This document shows positions 1 through 9,917 of a stretch of 64,000 bases of DNA, piece after piece. A program made the translations under genes and the position numbers. The notes under the pieces were generated by a model, which worked only from the letters and a program-made list of their open reading frames with translations, was not told the origin of the DNA and did not search any database. Position 1 is the first letter of the stretch. The number at the start of each line of letters is the position of its first letter. This stretch comes from a plasmid: the sequence record NZ_CP087960.1. One strand, 5' to 3'.

Positions 1-19
1 ATAAAAAAGGAAAGCAAAA

Positions 20-250
20 ATGTATGATCAAGACCAAATAGTAGAAAACTATAGTAGATTACGTAATGATTTCAAATTTCAAAAATCAATGTCAATTTTG
101 ATATTAACAGAAGCAGTACTTAACAACAATCAAAACTCTACTATTATTGAGCACGCTATAAATACAATTCGAAAAGATTTTACGAAAGACTGGGTTAAAC
201 AAATGATTAAATTAATTTGTACTGATCCGGAATTAAGAATTATGTTCTAA
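20..250 (+). CDS. hypothetical protein (76 aa)
   Basis: ORF in supplied track. No recognisable motif. Confidence 0.3.
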   Translation: MYDQDQIVENYSRLRNDFKFQKSMSILILTEAVLNNNQNSTIIEHAINTIRKDFTKDWVKQMIKLICTDPELRIMF

Positions 251-280
251 ATTAATGGATTTGATTGAGGAAAAATAACT

Positions 281-502
281 ATGAATAGGTCTACAATAGA
301 AAAATCAATAAAGGAATTTGAAACATATTTTGAAGGAAGACCAAACAAGGTTGAAGTAGTAACTCGAATCGTATCAAACAAAGCGGCTGATTTTTGGAAC
401 AATACATCTAGACTAACAGTTCGAGAAAGAGAAGAAGAAATAAAAGATTTAGGATGTAATCCACTAGAACAGAAACCAATTGGAAAAGAAAGACTTAAGT
501 AG
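281..502 (+). CDS. hypothetical protein (73 aa)
   Basis: ORF in supplied track. No recognisable motif. Confidence 0.3.
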   Translation: MNRSTIEKSIKEFETYFEGRPNKVEVVTRIVSNKAADFWNNTSRLTVREREEEIKDLGCNPLEQKPIGKERLK

Positions 503-659
503 TTATGAAAAATCCAAATAGCTAAAAATCGGTATTAGATTGATTAGGTTCAATAATACCGATTTTTGTGTGATTAAAGTCAATTATTGTACCACATAGT
601 GCATATATATGGTACAATAATTGATGAAGATATAGATAAAGAAAAATAGGTGAATTCAA

Positions 660-959
660 ATGATAGAAAGAAATATATCAAGATTCCAAGTACGAATCGA
701 TTCAGATTTGGTAAGTGGTGTAAAAGCTAAGCTAGCTCAAGCAGGTATTGATCAGCAAAACATATTAAATGCTTTTTTAACTTATGTTGCATATACTCAA
801 AAAATTCCTTTTCAAAAATTAACCAAAAGAGAAGAATTACAAGCAAAAGCAGCAGCTATCTTTGCTGCTGATAATGAGGATAAAGAAATTCCTGAAATTA
901 CTAATGAAAAAGACTTAGAAGATTGGTATGCAGAAAATGGTGATAATGATGAAGAATGA
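660..959 (+). CDS. RelB/DinJ-family antitoxin-like protein
   Basis: N-terminal 'RIDSDLVSGVKAKLAQAGIDQQNILNAFL' resembles the DinJ/RelB ribbon-helix-helix fold. A 4-nt overlap with the next ORF (ATGA) is typical of TA pairs. Confidence 0.5.
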   Translation: MIERNISRFQVRIDSDLVSGVKAKLAQAGIDQQNILNAFLTYVAYTQKIPFQKLTKREELQAKAAAIFAADNEDKEIPEITNEKDLEDWYAENGDNDEE

Positions 960-1365
960 TCATTTTCAACCGTTTGATGTAGCTTCTATTTTTTGGATTT
1001 ATGAGGAAGATATAGATAGTAACAAGGATAAAAAGAGGGGGAAGCTTAGACCTGGTTTAATTACAGGTTTCACTCCAGATGGTAAGGCAGTTTTTCAGAA
1101 GATTACCACAAAGTTTAAGAATAAAAGCCCATTCATTAAGCTTAGATACTATAAAATTCAAGATTTAAAATCAGCAGGTTTAAATAGAGAATCATATATT
1201 GATATTAAAGATAGTAGAATTATTAAATTAGATAATATTGTTAAAAGAGGGAGTCTATCAGAAAAGGATATTGATGATTTAATTGATTTTAAACAAACAT
1301 ATCCAGAAAGGCTTAGAAAATTTCAATTAAAACAAATTAATAGGAATAGAGGACTAGAAAGATGA
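943..1365 (+). CDS. putative toxin partner of the upstream DinJ-like gene (family unknown)
   Basis: Translationally coupled ORF; the track gives 928..1365, the likely start is ATG at 943 overlapping the upstream stop. No recognised toxin motif, so the call rests on position only. Confidence 0.3.
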   Translation: MMMKNDHFQPFDVASIFWIYEEDIDSNKDKKRGKLRPGLITGFTPDGKAVFQKITTKFKNKSPFIKLRYYKIQDLKSAGLNRESYIDIKDSRIIKLDNIVKRGSLSEKDIDDLIDFKQTYPERLRKFQLKQINRNRGLER

Positions 1366-1532
1366 ATAAGGATTTAGTAAGAGTTCAAATGAACTCACAG
1401 ATTATTGAGGCGGCAGAAAATGTTTTTAAGAAGAATAATTTAACTGCAAGTGAAGCTGTAACATTATTGTATGAGAATATTTTATTAAAACCAGAATTTC
1501 CTTTTCCTTTGCAGGTAGAAAAACATGAGTAA
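1362..1532 (+). CDS. small DinJ/RelB-like antitoxin paralog (56 aa)
   Basis: Hand-translated: MNKDLVRVQMNSQIIEAAENVFKKNNLTASEAVTLLYENILLKPEFPFPLQVEKHE. Pattern similar to ORF 660..959. Below the 60-aa cutoff of the track. Confidence 0.35.
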   Translation: MNKDLVRVQMNSQIIEAAENVFKKNNLTASEAVTLLYENILLKPEFPFPLQVEKHE

Positions 1533-1692
1533 ACAAAGATTAGTTTTGATGGTTGATGATGACTTGAAAAAAGAGTTTAAAAGGACTGTGGAAGATATGG
1601 GACTGACTTCTACGGCTGCTGTTACTCTTTTTATGCAACAAGTAGTAAATCAAAAAAGAATACCATTTAATCCAACTTATACTAAAAAGTAG
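1525..1692 (+). CDS. small DinJ/RelB-like antitoxin paralog (55 aa)
   Basis: Hand-translated: MSKQRLVLMVDDDLKKEFKRTVEDMGLTSTAAVTLFMQQVVNQKRIPFNPTYTKK. Start overlaps the previous ORF's stop. Confidence 0.35.
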   Translation: MSKQRLVLMVDDDLKKEFKRTVEDMGLTSTAAVTLFMQQVVNQKRIPFNPTYTKK

Positions 1693-1869
1693 TACGATTT
1701 AAAAAACACAGATTTAAAGTTTTTAGATTGAAGAAAAAGTAAATAAAGATGAATAAAACTAAAGAGCTTACTATTTTTAAAAAGTAGAAAATATAGATAT
1801 TTTTTAGAGATATGCGTAGAAAAGAGAGGAGCGATTTTTATCAAAACAATTAATTATTACACGAGATTA

Positions 1870-2400
1870 ATGACCATGACCTACCAAGACGCAGTTAATT
1901 TTTTACAAAAAAAGTGTAAATGTCATTATGATTACTTTAATGAACAATCTTTTAATAATTTAAAACATAGAAATTTTAGAACAAAAAATGGTAATTACCG
2001 ATTGCCTAACCATAATCCAAAGCGGTCGAAATACAAGTCAGATGGATTAATATTACATCATGTTTATGAGAATAAGTTTTCAAATTTATCGTACTTGTCA
2101 TCTATAAGACAACATAGTGACTTTTTATATCAAAGAAAGAAGAATTTGGTCTATTGTAACTTGTTAGAACATTTGATTTTGCATGCCTTGATTTTTAAAG
2201 AAACAAAAAATGAAAAACTTGGTATAGGTGGTTATAAATCTTTGCCAACTCAGATTGAAAACTTATATTTAGTTGAGGAAAGCCAAAACGAACAAAATGA
2301 ACAAGCTAAAATTAATCATGAATTAAAATCAGCAATAGGGTTAACTTGGTCTGAAGTGAATGAAATATTAGTTGCTAGTAAGGCATTATTAAAAAAATAA
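1870..2400 (+). CDS. hypothetical protein (176 aa)
   Basis: ORF in track. The stop lies 5 bp before IS copy 1. Confidence 0.3.
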   Translation: MTMTYQDAVNFLQKKCKCHYDYFNEQSFNNLKHRNFRTKNGNYRLPNHNPKRSKYKSDGLILHHVYENKFSNLSYLSSIRQHSDFLYQRKKNLVYCNLLEHLILHALIFKETKNEKLGIGGYKSLPTQIENLYLVEESQNEQNEQAKINHELKSAIGLTWSEVNEILVASKALLKK

Positions 2401-2404
2401 TTAT

Positions 2405-3594
2405 CGTTGATTGTAAAATCAAATTGAACACTTTAGAAAAATAAAAAGTCCATTCGGACCTGTTTGATAGAATGTTAATAACCACAAAAACTTTCTATTG
2501 GAGGTCAAAATGGACTCTTTACATTCTACCATGAACCAGCACGTTAAAGGAAAGCATTTATCATTTGAAGAGCGAGTTATTATTCAATTGCGTTTGAAAG
2601 ATGGCTGCTCTTTGCGTGCAATTGCTCGTGAACTCAACTGTTCTCCTTCTACTATCAGTTATGAGATTAAACGTGGCACTGTAAAACTGTATCATGGTAA
2701 AGTCAAAAGATACAAGGCTACTCAAGGACATGATGTATATCAAGCTCATCGTAAAAATTGTGGGCGCAAATCAGACTTTCTCAAAAAAACTCAATTTATT
2801 CACTATGTCCACAAACATTTCTTTAAAGACGGTTGGTCGCTTGATGTTTGCAGTAATCGTGCCACTGCTGCTGGCGAATTCTCTAGCAGCGATGTTGTCT
2901 GCACCAAAACTCTTTATAATTACGTTGATAAGGGCTTATTAGGCATTTATAATTACGACTTGCCTGAGAAGCTTAAACGCAATACCAAGCTTCATCGTGT
3001 TCGCAAAAACAAGAAAAAGCTTGGCAGAAGTATTGAAGAACGTCCAAAAGAAATTAGTGAACGTAATGAATTCGGTCATTGGGAATGCGATTTGGTTCTT
3101 GGACATAAGACTAAAGATGATGAAGTGCTGTTAACCTTATCTGAGCGCATGAGTCGTGAATTCTTAATTATTCGTATTCCCGACAAGACTTCTATCAGTG
3201 TCATGCAAGCCTTTAAAGAACTCCAAAGACAATACAGTGAACACTGGAATGATATTTTTAAAACTATTACCACTGATAATGGTTCAGAATTTGCGGATCT
3301 GTCCAACCTAGAAGAAGCATCCAATACACTGGTTTACTATGCCCATCCTTACACTTCTTGTGATAAGGGAACAGTTGAAAGACACAATGGTCTTATTCGC
3401 AGATTCATTCCTAAAGGAGAAGCAATAGCTAACTATTCTTTACAAAATATCATTGATATTGAAACCTGGTGCAACTCATTGCCAAGAAAGATCTTAGCTT
3501 ATCATACACCAGATGAAATCTTTGAAAGAGAATTAGATCGAATCTATCAAGCAGCTTAACCAAAAGTGTTCAATTTATTATTGCAATTTACGAA
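2405..3594 (+). mobile_element. IS30-family insertion sequence, copy 1 (~1190 bp)
   Basis: Identical to the segments 9889-11078 (reverse) and 62556-63745. Identity with the other copies starts at 'cgttgattgtaaaatc' and ends at 'gcaatttacgaa'. The ends form imperfect ~30-bp inverted repeats. It carries a 353-aa transposase. Confidence 0.8.
2498..3559 (+). CDS. IS30-family DDE transposase (353 aa)
   Basis: N-terminal HTH region, catalytic core with 'TDNGSEF' and 'HPYTSCDKGTVERHNGLIRR'; size typical of IS30 transposases. Present in three identical copies. Confidence 0.9.
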   Translation: MEVKMDSLHSTMNQHVKGKHLSFEERVIIQLRLKDGCSLRAIARELNCSPSTISYEIKRGTVKLYHGKVKRYKATQGHDVYQAHRKNCGRKSDFLKKTQFIHYVHKHFFKDGWSLDVCSNRATAAGEFSSSDVVCTKTLYNYVDKGLLGIYNYDLPEKLKRNTKLHRVRKNKKKLGRSIEERPKEISERNEFGHWECDLVLGHKTKDDEVLLTLSERMSREFLIIRIPDKTSISVMQAFKELQRQYSEHWNDIFKTITTDNGSEFADLSNLEEASNTLVYYAHPYTSCDKGTVERHNGLIRRFIPKGEAIANYSLQNIIDIETWCNSLPRKILAYHTPDEIFERELDRIYQAA

Positions 3595-3774
3595 AAAATA
3601 ATTATATGTATGTTTAGATATTTATTAATTAAAATTAGACTCGAAGAAAATATTCAAAGAAAAAGAATCAAACATCTTTTTTCCAGTTGTTTGATTCTTT
3701 CTCAAAACTATTCATCTTCTACTTTAGGCTGTTTGACAAACAGCCTTTTTATTTTCTATTTAATCTACAAAAAT

Positions 3775-3808
3775 CCTGTTGATGGATATTATAATATCCA
3801 TCAACAGG
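3775..3808. terminator. bidirectional intrinsic terminator (perfect palindrome cctgttgatggatat/atatccatcaacagg)
   Basis: Seen in sequence; T-runs follow on both strands. Likely terminates the minus-strand precursor-peptide gene. Confidence 0.5.
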
Positions 3809-3832
3809 ATAAATTTTTATAATCTATAAATA

Positions 3833-3931
3833 TTATTTAGTAGAAATTTGATTGCTACAAATTCCAGTCCATTCAGCTTCTGTAGCGTTAACTTCTACAT
3901 CTAGTTCTTGTAATTCAATTAATTCTTGCAT
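3833..3931 (-). CDS. candidate class III lanthipeptide precursor (32 aa: MQELIELQELDVEVNATEAEWTGICSNQISTK)
   Basis: Hand-translated small ORF with GGAGGA RBS 8 nt upstream. The leader contains 'LIELQ', matching the (I/L)LELQ leader motif of class III lanthipeptides. The core is Ser/Thr/Cys-containing. It is divergent from the LanKC-like gene. Confidence 0.5.
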   Translation of the reverse strand: MQELIELQELDVEVNATEAEWTGICSNQISTK

Positions 3932-4094
3932 AATAATGATCCTCCTAAAAAAATATTAAAATAAAATTTTATAAAACAAATTTTATAGTGAACATATTAA
4001 TATTATATTTAATTAATGTCAATAAAAAATAATAAAAATATTGATTTTTGTTAAAAATATTGTAGAATTATGAAAAAAGGAGATATATTTTATC

Positions 4095-6395
4095 ATGAAC
4101 GATAGATTATTTTGGAACTTTAACGATAAAATATCTGGAAATTATATGTGGTATAGTACTTCAATTCTGCCGTTATCATTGAATTATGAAGATTTAAGAA
4201 AAGTAAGTAGAAATAAAGATCATTATTTTCTTCAATTTAATTTTTCAAAAAATAAAATTCAAGAACATCAAGGGTTTAAAATACATATTTCAGCAACTAT
4301 TAAGAATTATGAACAGATACTAGACATAATTTTTAATTTTTGCAAAAAAAATAATATTACATTTAAATATATTGCTAATAAATATGAACTAGAAAAGAAT
4401 TTTTCTGGACTATGTTCGTTTTGGAGTACAGGAAAGTTTATAACTATATATCCTCAGCCTGGAGATTTTAGGTCAATAGTTTCTAAACTTTATTCGCTCC
4501 ACGAATTAAAAGAACTAAAGGGTATATATATATTAACTGATCGGCGTTATAAGGACTCTAATGTAATATTTTATAGATATGGAATTCTGAATAATGATTC
4601 AAATAAATGTATTTTTGATCCAAATGGAAAATATCTATATACAGACTATTCAATTGCTAAATATCAGTTACCATATTTTGTAAATGAACCATTTCCCATA
4701 AATAAGGATGAGGTAAGTCCTCACAGTAAGTACTTATTTTTGAAGTATACACCTATTCGGAACATATATAAGAAGTCCTCGGGGTCAGTATATTGTGTAA
4801 AAAGTAATAATGGTGATACATATATTCTAAAAAATGCACGTCCAAATTTTTCAGATGGTAATAGTACTCAAATTGAGAGACTAAAGAATGAAAAAATAAA
4901 ATTAAAAAAATTAATTGATTTTAATTTCTTTCCGCATGTGGTTGAAAGTTTTATAGAAAATGATAATTATTTTTTAGTCGAAACATTAGTTACAGGTGTA
5001 ACTGTTAATAAATTTCGTGCAGAAGATTTATCAGGATATGCAACAGATACCCAAATTTTACCTAAGAGCTTTAAAGTTTTAGAAATAATAAAAGATATGT
5101 GTAGAAAGTTACTTGCATTACATAAAAAAGATATCTTCTTAGGAGATATATCCGCAAACAATATATTAGTTAATGAAAAAACATCAACAATTAATTTTGT
5201 AGATGTTGAACAGACTGAATTTAATGTTTCTAAGAAAAAGATATCTTGTTTTTTTAGAACACCGGGTTTTTTTGATAAAAAAACGGCTACTCTTCCTCCT
5301 TTGCAGCAAGATATACAGCAATTAGGATATGTAATTATGTCTCTCTTTTGTAGAGCTAATTCTTTCTTAGAAATTGATTCATCGGGTAAAACTACAATTT
5401 CATTTTTTAAGGAATTTGCAAAGATATATCATATACCTAAAGCTTTAGTTGAGATACCATTAACTCTGATTAGAAATCCTAGAGAATCTTCTTTAAAAAG
5501 TGTTTTAAATGTAAAACTAATTTTAGATTTTGAAAGTGATAAAGAGAAAATTTGTACCTTTCCTGAAGATCTTTTGCTTAAGTTAAGACATACTTATTTT
5601 TGTGGTAAGTTAGATAATATTTGCTCACAAGATATTGAACAAATATCCTTTTTTAATAAAGAAGACGTTTTGTATACAGATAAAATTCTCAATTTAAATA
5701 TGAGATATTTAGAAAACAAAAATACTAATTCAATATCGCAAGAAAGCAAAAACGCAATAAATTTAGCAAAAAAAGAATTAGTAAATTGTTTTTCCAATGC
5801 AATTAAATCAGAATTGGAGTCACGTGACTTAAGTATATTTTTAAGTGTTTTAAATTGTTACTTTTTTGCTAATAACTTTGATATAAATACACAGAAAGAA
5901 AAGGAAGATATTGAAACAATAATAGATTACTTGCTAACAAATTACAAAGTCGTTAATAATGGTCTTGTTGGATTTCGAAAATCGAAAAAATCAGTTTATA
6001 TTATGCCATATATATCGAGTGGAACAGCAGGTATTTTGATAGTTTTATTGTTTTATAAATATATAAGTGACACCGATAAATATGATGAAATAATAAAAAC
6101 AATAGCATATGGATTTAAATTAACGACGTTACCTAAATCTGGTGGCTTTGCTAATGGTCTATCTGGAATTGTTTACGCACTTCTTTTATATAGAAAAGTA
6201 ACAGATGATAGTAAGATTGATAATTTGACTAAGAAAATGATCAATGAATTACATATGTATACTATATATTTATCAAATAATTTATATGTGATTTCAGATG
6301 ATTTTAAACATGTAAGCCTAGATTTTGTGGATGGTAATTTAGGCATGATTAAAGTTCTGGAAAAGGCAAAAAAAGTTCTCAATTGGGAAAGCTGA
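4095..6395 (+). CDS. class III/IV lanthipeptide synthetase-like protein (lyase-kinase-cyclase architecture, 766 aa)
   Basis: Central Ser/Thr kinase-like catalytic loop 'GDISANNILVN' and 'FVDVEQTEF'. C-terminal LanC-like motif 'SGGFANGLSGIVYAL'. No Zn-ligand CHG/WCxG motifs, which fits class III. The cyclase part looks short. Confidence 0.6.
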   Translation: MNDRLFWNFNDKISGNYMWYSTSILPLSLNYEDLRKVSRNKDHYFLQFNFSKNKIQEHQGFKIHISATIKNYEQILDIIFNFCKKNNITFKYIANKYELEKNFSGLCSFWSTGKFITIYPQPGDFRSIVSKLYSLHELKELKGIYILTDRRYKDSNVIFYRYGILNNDSNKCIFDPNGKYLYTDYSIAKYQLPYFVNEPFPINKDEVSPHSKYLFLKYTPIRNIYKKSSGSVYCVKSNNGDTYILKNARPNFSDGNSTQIERLKNEKIKLKKLIDFNFFPHVVESFIENDNYFLVETLVTGVTVNKFRAEDLSGYATDTQILPKSFKVLEIIKDMCRKLLALHKKDIFLGDISANNILVNEKTSTINFVDVEQTEFNVSKKKISCFFRTPGFFDKKTATLPPLQQDIQQLGYVIMSLFCRANSFLEIDSSGKTTISFFKEFAKIYHIPKALVEIPLTLIRNPRESSLKSVLNVKLILDFESDKEKICTFPEDLLLKLRHTYFCGKLDNICSQDIEQISFFNKEDVLYTDKILNLNMRYLENKNTNSISQESKNAINLAKKELVNCFSNAIKSELESRDLSIFLSVLNCYFFANNFDINTQKEKEDIETIIDYLLTNYKVVNNGLVGFRKSKKSVYIMPYISSGTAGILIVLLFYKYISDTDKYDEIIKTIAYGFKLTTLPKSGGFANGLSGIVYALLLYRKVTDDSKIDNLTKKMINELHMYTIYLSNNLYVISDDFKHVSLDFVDGNLGMIKVLEKAKKVLNWES

Positions 6396-6408
6396 GGTGA
6401 ATTAGCTA

Positions 6409-7992
6409 ATGATAAAATCATTTTTTAAGTCTAATTATAAGTATACTTTTATTTTTATTGTTTCGACTGTTATTGGTGGGGCCTTAGTTGCTTATGGGAG
6501 TTACGGTTGGACGCCTGCTACTGACTCTTTAAAAAATCTTGATACTAAAAAATTTGTTTTGTGGATTATTTTGATAGTAGTGACATCAGCTGGTGGTAGA
6601 GTCATGCAATTCTTAGCTGGTTATCTCTTTACAAAACAAGAGCAAGAATATTTTCATAATCTAAGGAAAAAGCTTATAAATCATTATTATGAAAGTAAGC
6701 CTGTAGATAAGCTATCTAATATGCAAAATAGATTAACAAATGATCTAAAAATTATTAGCGATCAAGCTTTAGATCCAGTATCTAATGTAGTCCTTTGTGT
6801 AGTTGATTTAGTATTTTCTGCATATGTAGTTTTAACTTTTAATTTTTGGCTGCTTTGTTTAATTTTAGTTTTAGCAGTAATTATGCTTTATTTGCCAGAT
6901 TTGTTGTCTAAGCAATTAGAAAAAGCAACAAATGAAGTTTCCTCTAACTATAGCAAGTATATTGATACCATTGAAAAATGGTTAGCAGGGCTAGCAGTTT
7001 TACAAAGATATCGGTCAAAGACAAAATTATCTGCTGCCTTAGCTAGAAGTTCTTCAGGATTAGAGAAAGCCACAGTAATTCGAGATAAAAAATCTGTTGA
7101 ATTACGTAATCTCACTTATACTGCTAATATGGTTGCTCAAGGAGCTGTTCTTCTGGCAACTGGATTATTAGTATTGAATCATCAGTTAACTATTGGTACC
7201 CTTATGAGTATTGCGAATTTTTCTAGCTTAATTTTTTCTCAGCTTGTTAATGTTACTTCACAGATTGGTTCAATTAAGTCAACTAGATCGTTAGCAGATA
7301 GTGTAATGAAAGAAATTAAAGAGTTACCAAATTCAGAGAAAAAAGAAGACTCTCTAACAAACTTTGACACTCTTTCTACTCATGGTTTAGTTCTTCAGTA
7401 TCCTAATGGTGAAAAAATCCAGTATCCTGATATTCAGATTAAGGCGGGAGAAAAAGTACTTTTAAGTGGTGATAGTGGAACCGGAAAGTCAACGCTGTTT
7501 AAAATGATTTTAAATGAAATAAAGCCTACTCAAGGTAAAATTGTTTTTAAAGATAAACTAGGCAAGATTCTCAATCCTGATTATTCGCAAATTGGATATA
7601 TTCCGCAAGATCCAGTTGTTTTTCCAGGAACAATTGAAGATAATATTACGATGTTTAATAGTAGACTGAATAAAAAAGCAGCGAATTGGGCACAAAAGGT
7701 TCAGTTAGCAACAGACTTTGAAAAGTTCCCTGATGGTATTAAAACTGTCGTAGATCTAGATAAAAAGAATCTTTCTGGAGGACAAAGACAAAAAATAATT
7801 TTGGCTCGAACTGAAGTATATAACAGCAAGATTATCTTAATTGATGAAGGTACTTCGGCAATAGATTCGGTTGCAACAGAGCAAATTCTAAAAAATATTC
7901 TTAAAGAACCTGCAACGGTAATCTTTATTGCGCATAATCTAACTGATGAAATGGTTCAATTATTTGATCGTAGGATTAACTTAAGTAAGTAA
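6409..7992 (+). CDS. ABC transporter, fused permease/ATP-binding protein (peptide exporter-like)
   Basis: N-terminal TM domain. Walker A 'GDSGTGKST', ABC signature 'LSGGQRQKIILAR', Walker B 'ILIDEGTSAID'. Confidence 0.8.
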   Translation: MIKSFFKSNYKYTFIFIVSTVIGGALVAYGSYGWTPATDSLKNLDTKKFVLWIILIVVTSAGGRVMQFLAGYLFTKQEQEYFHNLRKKLINHYYESKPVDKLSNMQNRLTNDLKIISDQALDPVSNVVLCVVDLVFSAYVVLTFNFWLLCLILVLAVIMLYLPDLLSKQLEKATNEVSSNYSKYIDTIEKWLAGLAVLQRYRSKTKLSAALARSSSGLEKATVIRDKKSVELRNLTYTANMVAQGAVLLATGLLVLNHQLTIGTLMSIANFSSLIFSQLVNVTSQIGSIKSTRSLADSVMKEIKELPNSEKKEDSLTNFDTLSTHGLVLQYPNGEKIQYPDIQIKAGEKVLLSGDSGTGKSTLFKMILNEIKPTQGKIVFKDKLGKILNPDYSQIGYIPQDPVVFPGTIEDNITMFNSRLNKKAANWAQKVQLATDFEKFPDGIKTVVDLDKKNLSGGQRQKIILARTEVYNSKIILIDEGTSAIDSVATEQILKNILKEPATVIFIAHNLTDEMVQLFDRRINLSK

Positions 7993-8565
7993 ATTTTTAA
8001 AAGTAGAGAACATTTATTATCTAAGTGATATAACGGCATTATGTAACTTCATATAACGTATCTTATGTAAAGTAATATATAAAAAGAAAAAAAGAAACTG
8101 TCTAGCAACAATACTAGACAGTTCTCAAACAAGCTAAACCATGCTATAATTTATGCAGGTATTGAATGAAATTATATTCAAACAAATTATATTCAAACAA
8201 TTAGGCTGATAGCTTAGCGGGTTGTGCTTTTGTTCTGATGTACTTCCAATACATCACCAGCCAAGCACATTAGAGAACCCCTTCAAAAGTGATCACCTCT
8301 AAATTGTTAACTAGTGCATTGATTGTATCGTCAGTGCACTTTTTTATTATAGCAAATTTCGTTGTAAAAAAAGAACCACTCTAGAAATTGATACTTCTAA
8401 AGTGGCAAGTAGGATTTATGACGTATTCTGATCAATCCTATAAAATCAAAACACGCGCACTAAGTTCACATAGAATTCCTTAGTACTCTTGTATTTGATA
8501 GTATCATAATATCAAGTTCATTTAAAGAATATGTTTTAGAAATAATATATAGGATATAAAAAAAG

Positions 8566-8599
8566 ACCTGAGTGGCAGTTGCCACTCAGGTCTTTCTTT
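8566..8599. terminator. bidirectional intrinsic terminator (gacctgagtggcagttgccactcaggtc)
   Basis: Perfect 12-bp stem flanked by A-run and T-run. Confidence 0.5.
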
Positions 8600-8807
8600 C
8601 ACGTGATCCTTCAGAGCATTAACAATAGTAATAATAATTATTGTTACATTTCTTGAATATAAACTATTGCCAAATTTATTCAGAATACGTATCACATTAT
8701 GACTAAATACTATTATATATTTATTTAAATAGTAAGTAAAGCAAAATATGACGGCTTTTCACCATAAATAATACGCATATCGTAAATTTTTTAAAGTAGT
8801 TTTTTTG

Positions 8808-9917
8808 CTAAGCCCATTCTTTCTTTTCTACATAGAAACCCCAGAATGTTTTCCCTTTATATTCTTGTTCCTTTAAGCCACCGGTGGCATACCAAGAACC
8901 TTTTTTAGCTTTAAGTTTTATACGAATTTTTTGGCCAGCTAATAATTTGTCTTTTTCACTTTCAGTAAATTTATGAGTAGACCAGCTATTTTTAAATCTA
9001 ATTTCTTTACCATTTGGTGTATAAATACCTGTAAAATGATTATTGTCGATAAATTTTATGGTGTTCTTATCATAGGCAAAACCCCAGAACGTTTTATCTT
9101 TATATTTTTGTTGAGAAAGTTTTCCTTCGACACTTAATGGAGTACCTTTTTTAGAAGTACATTCTATTGTAATTGTTTCTCCATTTAGCAAAGTTTGGAG
9201 TTCAGAATCAGTAAATTTATGAGAGGACCAACTATTTTTAAATGTAACTTTTTGACCAGTTGGCTTAAATATTCCTGTAGTTCGTGTACCGTCATCAGGG
9301 AATTCAATTTTATTTACGTCAAAGCTAAAACCCCAGAATTTTTTATTTTGATACGTTTTCTCAGATAATTTACCAGGAACAATAATAGCAGTTCCCTTTT
9401 TAGATTTACAGTTAACCTTAATAGTTTGACCAGCAAGAAGCTGTTGAATTTCTTCATCAGTAAATCTATGACCACTAAATATTCTACTGAAGTTGATCTC
9501 TTCTCCAGTTGGACTATAGATTCCATTAACTCTTTCAGCTGGTTTTGGTAAATCAAGTGCAAGTTTTTGCAATGTTGAATTATTTTTAATTACATTAATA
9601 TTTTGACGAATTATTGGCATATCATGCTTAACAATAGTCGTCATCAAAGTTGGAATTTTTTCAAATTCAATCTTGAATAGTTTAACTTCTTTCATATATT
9701 CAAGTAGTTGTTTAGTAACATGTGGGCTAGAAATTTGACAGCCTTGTGTTAGAAGAGCACTAGCTAAGCCATTAAAGGTAAGCTCATATACATTATTTTT
9801 GACTTTAAGTAGAGCAGTTGGATCTTTAGGATTGGAAATATCTGTAATAGTAGTTAGTTGTGTAGCACCAGTTCCGATATTATTTTTCTTCGTAAATTGC
9901 AATAATAAATTGAACAC
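8808..9917 (-). pseudogene. C-terminal fragment of a type IA topoisomerase (topoisomerase C-terminal repeat region), separated from its N-terminal part by IS30 copy 2
   Basis: Three and a half copies of a ~90-aa repeat ('GIYxPTGxxIxF...WSxHxFTxxExxxLLxGxxI...SKKGT...GKLSxxxY..KxFWGF'), resembling the Toprim_C_rpt repeats found at topo III C-termini. The first ~10 codons of the ORF ('MFNLLLQFTK') are encoded by the IS end itself. Confidence 0.5.

Noticed and set aside
2561-3324. 62-aa and 82-aa ORFs antisense/overlapping inside each IS30 copy (and their copies at 10159-10922 and 62712-63475)
   Set aside because: They overlap the transposase gene on the opposite strand or in another frame, have no RBS, and are typical six-frame artefacts repeated with every IS copy.
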